A stretch of DNA of 42,530 bases from a virus (taxonomy: Duplodnaviria; Caudoviricetes). Positions 8,549 to 17,271 of the stretch are shown here, piece by piece. The stretch lies in IMG/VR virus record IMGVR_UViG_3300037515_000545, positions 1-42,530 of that record. One strand, 5' to 3'. Both the position numbers and the translations under genes were made by a program. Under the pieces are notes generated by a model that was not told where the DNA came from, ran no database searches, and saw nothing but the letters and a program-made list of their open reading frames with translations. Each line of letters opens with the position of its first letter. Within the stretch, counting starts at the first letter, position 1.

Positions 8549-9914
8549 CTTCTACCTCAGGGTCGGGGTCTGGTTCCGCCATCATGGGTTCTGCTGCAGC
8601 AGCGTCAGGGTCTACGAGTTGGACGGACACCCGGCCCGTATGGACCAGCAGTCGCATGTCCTGGGCGACCACCGCAGCGATCGCCGACTCGGAGGTGAAC
8701 CCTTCACGGACGAAACCCATGATGATGTCGGCCTGCACCTTCTGGATTTCCGCAGCATCCTTCTGGTCTTCACGGAGGAAGGCGACACCGTCGAGGTCGA
8801 CCCACAGCCGTGCGGCGGACGGGGGTGGGACGATCGTCTCATACGACCCGCACAGGTCATTCCACATGGGTCGAAACACTGTGTCCGCGACACTCCGTCT
8901 CGCCGACCCGTAGTTACCGGCGTTCAAGCTCGAACCCTGCAGGCCTTCGGACAGGCCGAGCAGAGTCGCGTGGATGCCCGAAGCAACGGCTATCCGGTTT
9001 TCGCCCTTACCGGTGGTCGCAGCAAAGTCGATCTGTTGGAAGTTGGCTCCGACAACCGTCGCATCCGCCCCACCACCCAGATACAGGGTTTTGTAGGCGT
9101 TGGCCACACCCTCATGTTCCGCCTGGAACATTTCTTTAAACGCCTGTGCCTTGTCGGGTGAGATGGACGGGTCGAACTTGACGATCATGTTCGGGGTTGC
9201 ACCCTGGTTGAAAAACTTGTTTTTGTGGGTGGTTGTCGCCTTATCAGCTTCAATGTCCCGGAGGACGGGGGTCAGCCACGACATTCCCCGATAGTTGGCC
9301 AACGGGTCGGGGATCGGAGCGAAATGGGCGACCTGTTCGGCCGGGTAGGTGACCGGTTTCGCCTGCGAGTTCCGGCCGCCCGGATGGTAAATGTATCCGA
9401 CCACCTCGGCGTCGGGGTCGGCAGCCGGGTCCATTTCGGATTCGTTGTCCGACCCGAGGACGATCGACACCCAATCCGGCCGAAGGGGACGAATCCGGTC
9501 GCCTCGCCGGACTGCGAAATGGTTTCCGGCCAGGTCGGCTTCCAACATGGCTCTGCGGAGCAAATCCCCGGTTGTTCCGCCAGTCCACGGGTGTCTCAAC
9601 ACTTCCAGGTTGGGGGTGGAGAACAGGTCGCCGGGACGGCCGGAGCGGAGTTGCTGCCACATGAACCGGGCTTCCGAGAACACCATCATCCGAAGACGTT
9701 CGATACCGAACACGATCGGGCTTCCGAACAGGGCACCAGCCACATACGCCGGGTAGGTCGACCCGATCGTCTCCTTGTCACCCGTAATCGTCGTGTTCAA
9801 GTACATGTTCCACGGACTCGCCATCAGGTCGAGCCAATCCTGGAACGTCAGGGTCGACCGGGTTTCAGATTGTTCCCGGCCGAACATTCGACGCAGGCCA
9901 TCGCGGAATGACAC
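8541..9914 (-). CDS. Portal protein (HK97 family)
   Basis: L.GN.F, L.PD.V, YRGMSWL, FF.QGA.P motifs; follows the terminase. Confidence 0.93.
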   Translation of the reverse strand: MSFRDGLRRMFGREQSETRSTLTFQDWLDLMASPWNMYLNTTITGDKETIGSTYPAYVAGALFGSPIVFGIERLRMMVFSEARFMWQQLRSGRPGDLFSTPNLEVLRHPWTGGTTGDLLRRAMLEADLAGNHFAVRRGDRIRPLRPDWVSIVLGSDNESEMDPAADPDAEVVGYIYHPGGRNSQAKPVTYPAEQVAHFAPIPDPLANYRGMSWLTPVLRDIEADKATTTHKNKFFNQGATPNMIVKFDPSISPDKAQAFKEMFQAEHEGVANAYKTLYLGGGADATVVGANFQQIDFAATTGKGENRIAVASGIHATLLGLSEGLQGSSLNAGNYGSARRSVADTVFRPMWNDLCGSYETIVPPPSAARLWVDLDGVAFLREDQKDAAEIQKVQADIIMGFVREGFTSESAIAAVVAQDMRLLVHTGRVSVQLVDPDAAAAEPMMAEPDPDPEVEDD

Positions 9915-9933
9915 TGTGGGTTACCTCCACGAT

Positions 9934-11364
9934 TCAAAGAGCGAACGGAGTGGACTCGCTGTCCAACGCGGCGTTGTAGGCGAGGGACGCCGCCGTCAGA
10001 ATGTCCGCACCGGGAGCGTCACGGTTCCACTGCCACAAGTCTGCATGCTTCCGGCGTGCCGCCGCTGTGATCGCCTTGTCGAACCGTTCGTCACGGCGGA
10101 CCTGCAGCTTCTTCTGGTTCGGGTCCGCAACCCCGTCGTAGAACCGGGAGCACGCTTTCCGTACTGTCAGGTCGTCGACCCATTCGACGGTCAGACCGGC
10201 CCGAGTCATATCATCGCCTCGAAGGGACATCGGCCCGTTTTTGGCGACATGCACGCGGACGTTGGGCATGTTCTCCAAGAACGCGTCGACAACCCAGTCG
10301 GTGCCAGGATGTTGGGCGACAAGCACGATACGTCCGTCCCGGTCTGCCTTGCAGATCGCCGCCATCGACCGGTCCTCGAGAGCGTCGATCGCGTACACCG
10401 GTTCGGCGTTGGTGTCTAGACCGGGGACGTTGACCGCCAGCCACCATTCGACCGGGAACAGCCCGTCGGCGTTGGCGACCCACTGGCCGCCCACGTTACG
10501 CCGGTAGAGCGGTTCGGGTTTCCTCTGCTCTGCGTCAACGTATTCGTCGTGGACCAGCACCCCGTAGGCCGGCATTCGACGTCGAAGCACCTCTTTGTCG
10601 TATGGGTCTTCATCGTCTGCGACAGCGAACTCGAAGTAGCAGATCCCAGTGTTCTTGCCTGCGTTGACCGCCACCCGACCCTCGTCGACTTTCCGGCGGA
10701 AAAACACTGATTTCAGGTCGCCGGGTGTCGACGGAGTCCAAATCTGGGCTTCCCGGCGGGTGGCCGTAGTCGGAGACAAGGCCCGTTCGCGTCGGTCGTC
10801 CGAATCGGCGTGGGCCTCGTCGAAGATCAGCATGTCAATCTCCGACATGCCCTCACCCGACGACTCGGCGTTGCTCACCACCGACACTCGGGAGCCGTTG
10901 CGGAAGAGAATGTTCGTGTTGCCGTCCGACAGGTACGGCCGGTCGACCAACTGCCAGACCGGCGAACTCTTCAGGAGTGGGAGATGCTCCTCCTTGACCT
11001 TCTTCCGAGCATTGTGGCCGTCCTGCATTGTGTAGACGGCCCGCTGTGTTCCACCCCAGAGGAGACACCGCGCACAGTAGCCAGCCAAAATCAGGTGGGT
11101 TTTCCCCTGCTGACGCATCAGCGAGATGACCACATCCCGAAACGCCAGCCGACCGGTCTCAGAGTCGACCTCGAGGGCGACATCGGCGACAATCCGCTGC
11201 CACCATATGAGCGGACGGCCCAACTCCAAAGCCATGTTCTCAACGCGCCAGCCGAACGACTCCCTCTCCAAGGTCGGTCTCGTCGCGTACAGGGGTTCCG
11301 CCCACCCGGGGACGTCCCAGTCGGGCCAGGAGATCCGCGATTCCGTCGCCAATGCCATCGTCAT
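9934..11364 (-). CDS. terL: Terminase large subunit (start may be ATG at 11358)
   Basis: Walker A RQQGKT, Walker B LIFDEAH, coupling motif STPG, C-terminal nuclease AID...D. Confidence 0.92.
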   Translation of the reverse strand: MTMALATESRISWPDWDVPGWAEPLYATRPTLERESFGWRVENMALELGRPLIWWQRIVADVALEVDSETGRLAFRDVVISLMRQQGKTHLILAGYCARCLLWGGTQRAVYTMQDGHNARKKVKEEHLPLLKSSPVWQLVDRPYLSDGNTNILFRNGSRVSVVSNAESSGEGMSEIDMLIFDEAHADSDDRRERALSPTTATRREAQIWTPSTPGDLKSVFFRRKVDEGRVAVNAGKNTGICYFEFAVADDEDPYDKEVLRRRMPAYGVLVHDEYVDAEQRKPEPLYRRNVGGQWVANADGLFPVEWWLAVNVPGLDTNAEPVYAIDALEDRSMAAICKADRDGRIVLVAQHPGTDWVVDAFLENMPNVRVHVAKNGPMSLRGDDMTRAGLTVEWVDDLTVRKACSRFYDGVADPNQKKLQVRRDERFDKAITAAARRKHADLWQWNRDAPGADILTAASLAYNAALDSESTPFAL

Positions 11365-11578
11365 CCCTCGTCGCCTCCCGGAAAGCCTTCAACGCAAGGC
11401 GAAACTCCCGCCAGAGGTCCTTATCGAACGGCCGCGCCTCAACGGCCTCCGCGAGCATCCGAACGGCAGCAACCTCAGCGGCGAAGGCGGTCAGATCGCC
11501 GAGTTCGGCGAGCGTGGTTTCAACAGCAGCGGAGAGCATGGACGCTCCGGTCTCGGGAATCCCAGGAACAGCACACAC
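11240..11578 (-). CDS. terS: Terminase small subunit, actinophage type (start may be ATG at 11539)
   Basis: Small helical protein directly upstream of and overlapping terL; LA.AV.......REFR.AL..F pattern. Confidence 0.65.
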   Translation of the reverse strand: MCAVPGIPETGASMLSAAVETTLAELGDLTAFAAEVAAVRMLAEAVEARPFDKDLWREFRLALKAFREATRDDDGIGDGIADLLARLGRPRVGGTPVRDETDLGEGVVRLAR

Positions 11579-11708
11579 AAAGATTGGCCGGTCTTCCGGC
11601 GTCCGGGTGGGGTTTTACGGCGTTGGCCCCGCCCCCCCTACCGTGTCCCCTGCCTGCCCTCTCGAGTGTTCTGCCAGTATTCGGGGTCGTGTTGGGTGGG
11701 AGTGTCTA
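11579..11708. other. Probable cos/packaging-site region
   Basis: Non-coding gap between HNH and terS with a G/C run (GGGGGGGCGGGGCC on minus); this is the usual cos position in HNH-terS-terL HK97-like phages. Confidence 0.45.
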
Positions 11709-11993
11709 CTACCAGAATTCTCGGGTGGGGCGTACCCTGGTGGGTAGCTTCTTGTTTCGTTTCGCCTGGTTGCAGTCGAAGCAGGCGCCCCGGCAGTTCA
11801 TCTCGTCGAACCAGGCGCCACCGTCGAGTGCGTCGATGATGTGGTCGATGCACGTGGCCAGGTGGGTGCAAACGCCTGGTAGTTCGATGCGGCAGTGGGG
11901 GATGGTCTTACCCAGGGTTTGACAGAAGCGGGTGTCCCTGGTGAAGATGCGCCGCCTAAACCCTGGGGGCCACCTGTACTGTTTCGCGGCCAA
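11709..11993 (-). CDS. HNH endonuclease, terminase-associated (HK97 gp74-like)
   Basis: RD...C...CT..A..IDHI....GG......N....C..CN; TTG start after a G-rich RBS. Confidence 0.85.
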   Translation of the reverse strand: MAAKQYRWPPGFRRRIFTRDTRFCQTLGKTIPHCRIELPGVCTHLATCIDHIIDALDGGAWFDEMNCRGACFDCNQAKRNKKLPTRVRPTREFW

Positions 11994-12006
11994 GGTCCCC
12001 CCTAGG

Positions 12007-12711
12007 CTAGACGATGCGGGCACCCTTGGCTGCGTTGCAGGCGAAGTGAGCAGCCTGCACGTTGGCCGGTTCGTGCGTGCCGCCAACAGCGAGCGGGACG
12101 ATGTGGTCGATCGTGGATGACATGCGGTGGGGGAAGATCAGCGACATGACGATCGGCAGTGAACAGAGCTGACAGGTGTAGTCGTCTCTCTTGAAGATCT
12201 CATGGCGGTTGACGTCTTCCACGAAAGCGCCGACCTCTCGAGCCCGACGACGGTGAGACAATTCGCGGCGGGCTTCTTGGATGCATACCTCTGAGCACGT
12301 GCCCTCACCGTTGGAAGGGATGAACAGCCCAGCACATATGACACATGGAGCAACCATCGGCAGATACCGAGCTGAACGTTCCTCGTTGAAACAGTCGAGA
12401 CAAATGCCCGCGTACACCGACGACTCGTCATTACAGCAGCGACACAGCTCGGGGTTGGGGTCGGCTAGCGCTTCTTCCCGCCAGGCCAGAGCGCACTCCT
12501 CCGAACAGAAGATCTTCTGGTAGAGAGAGAACACATCAAGTTCCCACTCGCTCGGTTTCGGCGTTGCGTAGTTGTCACACTGGCTGCACCAAGAGCCGCC
12601 CGTTGTGCGTCTGTGGCCGACTCGAGAGTCCCGGTACAGACAAGTATCGCCCTCCCGGCAGTCATATACGTTTCCCGCCACCTCCACTTTCCTCGGGGCT
12701 GGCCTAGACAT
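12007..12711 (-). CDS. HNH endonuclease with N-terminal Cys-rich zinc-binding repeats
   Basis: IFKRDDYTCQLC...TIDHIVPLAVGGTH..ANVQAAHFACNAAKG. Confidence 0.9.
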   Translation of the reverse strand: MSRPAPRKVEVAGNVYDCREGDTCLYRDSRVGHRRTTGGSWCSQCDNYATPKPSEWELDVFSLYQKIFCSEECALAWREEALADPNPELCRCCNDESSVYAGICLDCFNEERSARYLPMVAPCVICAGLFIPSNGEGTCSEVCIQEARRELSHRRRAREVGAFVEDVNRHEIFKRDDYTCQLCSLPIVMSLIFPHRMSSTIDHIVPLAVGGTHEPANVQAAHFACNAAKGARIV

Positions 12712-12821
12712 AATCCGGTGCCTCCCTACTGCCAGAATTCCCCATAGCAGCAGCCAAGGGGACTATGCGGTGGAACGCGCACCCTACCGGTGTCCACCTC
12801 TGGCCAAGGTTGTCGTACACC

Positions 12822-12850
12822 AAATTACACGTTTGTGATTCTCGTGTCAA
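12822..12850 (-). promoter_or_regulatory. Sigma70-type promoter, probable late-operon promoter
   Basis: TTGACA (12850-12845), 17 nt spacer, TAATTT (12827-12822). Confidence 0.7.
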
Positions 12851-13470
12851 CCACTCGGATGTGGGACGACCACTTCGGCGCCGTTCACACTGAACGTAAG
12901 AAACGATTGCGGGCAGGCCGAACGGCGGTACCCACTGTTAGGGCATCCGTCGGCACGGCAACGCTTCGCTCCCGCAAGTATCCGAGTGCCGCACGTTTGA
13001 CAATAGGTCGACTCTCCCAGACGCCTGTGGCCGCAAGTGTCACAGGCCGCCCACGTTTTCGGATCGGTAGGACGGTTGAGGAACGCAACGACATTCTCGG
13101 ACAGCTCCCACAGTTGATTGTCAACCCGATTTTGCACGTTATCGGCCCACACCGGTTCGAATCGGGGCATCGGCGCATGTTGGGGTTTCCCCTTCACGGC
13201 CTCAAGGGTTTTCCCCTTCCCCGCAGATACGGATTCTGCAAGCCCGGCGAGAGCGTCGAGGAGCCGAGCGACAGTAGTGCCCAACGGAGAACCAAGGACG
13301 GTCAAAAGGTCCTCGGCTGTCGACGTTTTCGACGCAACCCGGTTAGTAACGGTGTGGTGGCGGAACTCGGATAGTCTGGCGAGCTCGACAGGCCAGTGTT
13401 TCGGACAGTTCCCGAGGTCGTCGAGCTCCCGTTCGCACTTGCCGCAGTATCGGGTTTGTGTCTCCTGCAT
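12847..13470 (-). CDS. Zinc-ribbon protein, possible late transcription regulator
   Basis: Several CxxC pairs; last gene of the early operon, abutting the late promoter. Confidence 0.6.
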   Translation of the reverse strand: MQETQTRYCGKCERELDDLGNCPKHWPVELARLSEFRHHTVTNRVASKTSTAEDLLTVLGSPLGTTVARLLDALAGLAESVSAGKGKTLEAVKGKPQHAPMPRFEPVWADNVQNRVDNQLWELSENVVAFLNRPTDPKTWAACDTCGHRRLGESTYCQTCGTRILAGAKRCRADGCPNSGYRRSACPQSFLTFSVNGAEVVVPHPSG

Positions 13471-13558
13471 TCCCTACCTTCCGTTTACGTTCTGACAGGT
13501 CGGGTCGTGGTCGGATTCGGTGACGACAACCCGGCAGGCCGGACATGTTTCGACAGTC

Positions 13559-13732
13559 TTACCCATCGGTCATCTCAGACTTCTCCGCTTCGCGAAGGAT
13601 CGCCCGCGCCTCGGCTTCCACCCAATTCCATCCACGGAGTGGCGGCAGCTCGCCGTTATAGAGCTTGGTTAGATACCGGCGCGCGTCTTCGACGGTCGGC
13701 TCATAACGGGGCTGTCGACGCAACCAGTTCAC
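13559..13732 (-). CDS. Hypothetical 57-aa protein
   Basis: GAGGA RBS, GTGA overlap with upstream stop; MNWLRRQPRYEPTVEDARRYLTKLY... Confidence 0.55.
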   Translation of the reverse strand: MNWLRRQPRYEPTVEDARRYLTKLYNGELPPLRGWNWVEAEARAILREAEKSEMTDG

Positions 13733-13890
13733 TCGTCCTCCTCAACTGGATGCACCGACAGCGAAATATGGCGAATCTCCCTACGTTCCACTCTCTCGGC
13801 CAGACATCGGAGGTAGTGGGCGATGTCATCGCTGCGGTGTTGCGGGTACTGCTTCACAAACTGGCAATCGCAATCGGTCGTGACGCTCAT
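13729..13890 (-). CDS. Hypothetical protein
   Basis: MSVTTDCDCQF...; tightly packed in the operon. Confidence 0.55.
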   Translation of the reverse strand: MSVTTDCDCQFVKQYPQHRSDDIAHYLRCLAERVERREIRHISLSVHPVEEDE

Positions 13891-13891
13891 C

Positions 13892-14017
13892 TCACTCGTC
13901 CTTCCTGTCTGACCCTTCGATCGGAATATCGAACTCGGCTTCGGTGTGATCCTGGCCGCGGACGCAAAGGCACAGAATCTCCATGCCGTCACTTGTGAAA
14001 CAGATGTGCAAGCTCAT
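13892..14017 (-). CDS. Hypothetical 41-aa Cys/His protein
   Basis: AAGGAG RBS, ATGA overlap; MSLHICFTSDGMEILCLCVRGQDH... Confidence 0.5.
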   Translation of the reverse strand: MSLHICFTSDGMEILCLCVRGQDHTEAEFDIPIEGSDRKDE

Positions 14018-14322
14018 TTCTCTCCTTCCAATATCAGCCTCGCCTGAGCCTCCCAAGGAGCACGAGCATGTCTACGCCAATCGTCGCCCAAAGGATCCGT
14101 CACATCGAAATTGGGAAGCCAACGCGCACGCAAGGCCAGGGCCATTGCTTCGAGGACAGCAGGGGAAGGAAGCCAGCCGATGCCGTTGCAGGAGGGACAG
14201 GGGTACTTCTGAGTGAACTCGGGTAGTGCGTTAGGGGGCCGTCCCGAATCAAGTTGCCCGCTCGTTCCGCATGTCTGGCAGGGCAGCCAGCCGAGACGAG
14301 AAGCAAGGTCAGCGGTGGTCAT
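14014..14322 (-). CDS. DnaJ-type zinc-finger motif protein
   Basis: CQTCGTSG and CPSCNGIG (CxxCxGxG-like). Confidence 0.65.
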   Translation of the reverse strand: MTTADLASRLGWLPCQTCGTSGQLDSGRPPNALPEFTQKYPCPSCNGIGWLPSPAVLEAMALALRARWLPNFDVTDPLGDDWRRHARAPWEAQARLILEGEK

Positions 14323-14575
14323 GACGCTTCCCCGCAAAGCACCCGTGGATATGAACGGAAGCCGGACAGGACGAACTGCCATCACATTCCGTCTCCCATT
14401 CATCGAACAGTGCGATTAGTTCACCCGTCGCCTCATTCACGACCAACCCGACTATGTAGAGGACGTCAGAAATGGCCCCATAGCTCGGGATCGGCCCACC
14501 CTCGGGAGAAACCCACTTAATGAATTGAGCACGAGCGTCCACCAACTGATCCTTTCCCATCCTGCCAACCATCAC
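14309..14575 (-). CDS. Hypothetical protein
   Basis: Coupled ORF with GAGGAG RBS and a C-terminal Cys/His cluster. Confidence 0.55.
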   Translation of the reverse strand: MMVGRMGKDQLVDARAQFIKWVSPEGGPIPSYGAISDVLYIVGLVVNEATGELIALFDEWETECDGSSSCPASVHIHGCFAGKRHDHR

Positions 14576-14844
14576 GTCTCCTCTCGTTCACCGACATCCG
14601 ACGAGAACAGGGCAGCGGTGAGAGCGGCACGGGCCACGTCACCGTCAGTCGGGCCCTTCTGTTCACAGCGCAGCTCATGAATGGTGATCGCTGCCCTCTC
14701 GACCATCTCCTCGGACGGTTCGGAGAGGACGATGCGCGAGCCGCCAGGGCAGATTCGGACAAGCCGCTGCTTCTCTGTGAACCAGGTGTGACCCTGCATC
14801 TCATGATGCTTACACGGCTCCTCGATCACGATGCGGCGGCTCAC
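14572..14844 (-). CDS. Hypothetical protein
   Basis: GTGA overlaps; EPSEEMVERAA...ARAALTAA motif. Confidence 0.6.
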   Translation of the reverse strand: MSRRIVIEEPCKHHEMQGHTWFTEKQRLVRICPGGSRIVLSEPSEEMVERAAITIHELRCEQKGPTDGDVARAALTAALFSSDVGEREET

Positions 14845-15128
14845 GTCTCCTCCTCAGCAGGGACGAGAAACTTCTTCACCATGCGGCAAGGCTCCCGCCA
14901 CGGCTTCACTTGTGCCGCCAACGCAGCCTCGCAACCATCGTCGTCGTTCACCCAAACCGACCCATGCGTCTCACACCATTGGACTTCGGGGGCTTCGACC
15001 ACGGCACGAGCAGCAGCAGCCACAATCTGAACCGGTGGACGACCCAACAGGCGATTTGCAACGGAATCAACCAGCGAAAGGGAACGCAACTCATCCAACG
15101 CTTCTTCTGTTCTTGTCCTATCCACCAT
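14841..15128 (-). CDS. Hypothetical protein (begins MVDRTRTEE)
   Basis: GGAG RBS, coupled; WCETH...C...C motif. Confidence 0.6.
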   Translation of the reverse strand: MVDRTRTEEALDELRSLSLVDSVANRLLGRPPVQIVAAAARAVVEAPEVQWCETHGSVWVNDDDGCEAALAAQVKPWREPCRMVKKFLVPAEEET

Positions 15129-15315
15129 CACTCCACCTGTTCTTCTCCACGCAGCGGTAACACAGACCGGTACGAAGCTTCTCGACCTCACGGATGGCCT
15201 CCTCCCATGCCTCCTTTGGCGTAATAGGCATAGCACCGTCGAACAGACCCACGGTTCTACGCAGTTCCAGTACAAGATCTATCAGGCTCGGCTCTGTGTG
15301 CGTCCTATCCACCAT
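15118..15315 (-). CDS. Hypothetical protein (begins MVDRTHTEP)
   Basis: GAGGAG RBS; 65 aa. Confidence 0.55.
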   Translation of the reverse strand: MVDRTHTEPSLIDLVLELRRTVGLFDGAMPITPKEAWEEAIREVEKLRTGLCYRCVEKNRWSDGG

Positions 15316-15352
15316 CACAGCGTCTCCTCGTAGGGGGTCACGGGGGTACCCA

Positions 15353-15514
15353 TCAGCCTGCGACCTCGCCATCTTCGGACTCGACGAGAACTTCATTGAA
15401 GATTCGCAACCAGTCCTCAGCCTCCCACCGCGCCATCTCCACGTCGCCATGCTGAGCTTCGGCGCTCTCCACATAGAGTTGCGCTGCACGGTCCAGATCG
15501 ATTCGTAATCTCAT
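15353..15514 (-). CDS. Hypothetical acidic protein
   Basis: ATGA overlap with upstream stop; MRLRIDLDRAAQ... Confidence 0.55.
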   Translation of the reverse strand: MRLRIDLDRAAQLYVESAEAQHGDVEMARWEAEDWLRIFNEVLVESEDGEVAG

Positions 15515-15729
15515 TTGGCTAGACACTCCTCCCATCCACACTGGTCGTGGTCACGACCATCGTTCTCAGTTGAGGAACACTTCAAGCCGAACAACGAACG
15601 GCAGAACCAGGTCGCCCTCAGATCACAAGGCAGACATTGCCAATACGGGTCACCAATGAAAGGAGAAACCCACGACAAATGCTCGCCACAACCAGGGCAA
15701 CGCTGCTCAAAGACGGTTCCCATCACCAC
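15511..15729 (-). CDS. Small zinc-finger protein
   Basis: CPGCG, CLPC and further Cys/His residues. Confidence 0.55.
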   Translation of the reverse strand: MVMGTVFEQRCPGCGEHLSWVSPFIGDPYWQCLPCDLRATWFCRSLFGLKCSSTENDGRDHDQCGWEECLAK

Positions 15730-15914
15730 ACCGTTTGCTTCCGTCCGTCACCCGTGCCACCACACGCCGAGCAGGGATGCATCTCCCCATCACAACCGCG
15801 GTAAGTGCATTGAATCCAGTCGTCGCACTCCTCCCAGGCATCGCCGCCGCACCATGAGCAGTTCAAGCCGTCCTCGTCGTAGTCGTCGTACCCATCTCCC
15901 ATAGGGATTCCCAT
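15723..15914 (-). CDS. Small DnaJ-type zinc-finger protein
   Basis: CSWCGG and CSACGGTG. Confidence 0.6.
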   Translation of the reverse strand: MGIPMGDGYDDYDEDGLNCSWCGGDAWEECDDWIQCTYRGCDGEMHPCSACGGTGDGRKQTVW

Positions 15915-16415
15915 CTAGCCCACCCCCTCACCACGAGCGCGTTTCAGGAATTTGAAAAATGGGTTGGATTCGTCAATCTCACTCTCACTGTCACTGTCGG
16001 TGTCACTGTCTCTCTCAGTGGTTAGTAAATCCGTCGTCTGACCTGGCGGTTTGTTGGTGTCTTTTAGGTCTCTTGGACGTGTGTTGAGCGTGTCATTCCA
16101 CTGTTCCCACGCTGTGATTTGCACGTCCGTGATGCGTCCGCGGCGTCTCTTCCGCGTCTTCTTCAACTGTCCCGTCACCTTCAAGAAGTCCACAAGCGGG
16201 AACGGAGGATTCAAAATCCCAAGTTCGAGCCACGCACCTTCCTCGCTGTGGTAGGTGAAGGTGCCCTGAATCGGAGCGCGTTTGGCAGCCGTCAACATGG
16301 CGACCCACACCGCCAATCCGGCTGGCCCGAACTCTTCTTGTAGGCGGGTGCCCGTCTTGTCATGCGGGAACTCAACTGAGAGTGGAATCCAACGGCGTCG
16401 GCGTCCATCACCCAC
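15915..16415 (-). CDS. Putative replication initiator / replisome organizer-like protein
   Basis: N-terminal WIPLSVEFPHD...GPAGLAVWVAML, I.AW..WN, and an ERDSDTDSDSESE low-complexity linker typical of the family. Confidence 0.6.
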   Translation of the reverse strand: MGDGRRRRWIPLSVEFPHDKTGTRLQEEFGPAGLAVWVAMLTAAKRAPIQGTFTYHSEEGAWLELGILNPPFPLVDFLKVTGQLKKTRKRRRGRITDVQITAWEQWNDTLNTRPRDLKDTNKPPGQTTDLLTTERDSDTDSDSESEIDESNPFFKFLKRARGEGVG

Positions 16416-16455
16416 ACCTAACCTGTCTCCCTGAGCTCGAGGTCGTACTGGGTGC

Positions 16456-17271
16456 TCATTGGGAGCCTTCTGGCAGGTTGAGGATGACGCCTTCACTGTC
16501 CCCCAACAATGTCTTGGGCAGTGCACCATCCCAACGTTGGAGCCACAGCCATTCCAGGTATTGGGCCGGGTTCAGGCCCAGCGAAGTGGCCCTGGCCTGC
16601 TCGGCTTGTGCTTGCAGTTCGATCTGGGCCTTCTTGGCCCTCTCAGCCTCCACCAACTTGAGTTGCTCTGCGGCTTCCTGGTCTGCGATCACCTTGTCCT
16701 TCACCGACTTGATGAAGTCGGGGTCGAACACAGCGTCCTCCAGGGCCACCGAGTGGACGGCAATGCCCCGCTCAGCGAGCTGCGGGGTGACGATATCCTC
16801 GATGTCCTCGGCTATGGAAGCCAGTTCTGAGGCGAAGGACAGGGCCACCCGTTGGCCGCTGGCCTCCTTGATGGCGTCGAAGAAAATGGGCTCGATGATG
16901 CGCAGGGTGTACTCTGGTCCCACCGCATCGAAGATCTCTGCCGCCTGGTCCGGCGTTATTGAATAGACTAACGATGCGCGGACAGTGATCTCCTGAAGGT
17001 CGGAGGATTGGACGAAGGCGTTGGCCTTCCCTTCGCCGTCGATGGTGACATACCGCTGCTCGCGGACATCGACCCGGTGGTAGCGCTGTACCAGTGGCAC
17101 CACGAAGGAGAGACCGGGCTGACGTTCAGCGTAGGAGACGCCGCCTACCGACCAGATCACCGAACGATGCCCAAATGGGGTGATAACCAACGTCGAGTAG
17201 ATCAGGCCGGCCACGGCCAACCCTGTACCGATCCTAAACAGAACCTTTAGTTTTGAGCCCTTAGTCGCCAC
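16456..17271 (-). CDS. SPFH/band 7/prohibitin family membrane protein
   Basis: N-terminal TM, PGLSFVVP.VQ....DVR, SSDLQEI, coiled-coil K.IA.QEA...EAE, C-terminal RWDGALP. Confidence 0.93.
   Translation of the reverse strand: MATKGSKLKVLFRIGTGLAVAGLIYSTLVITPFGHRSVIWSVGGVSYAERQPGLSFVVPLVQRYHRVDVREQRYVTIDGEGKANAFVQSSDLQEITVRASLVYSITPDQAAEIFDAVGPEYTLRIIEPIFFDAIKEASGQRVALSFASELASIAEDIEDIVTPQLAERGIAVHSVALEDAVFDPDFIKSVKDKVIADQEAAEQLKLVEAERAKKAQIELQAQAEQARATSLGLNPAQYLEWLWLQRWDGALPKTLLGDSEGVILNLPEGSQ

Noticed and set aside
14572-14852. Repeated GAGGAGACGTGA at gene ends as a recombination-site repeat
   Set aside because: Adequately explained as RBS plus overlapping start/stop signals.
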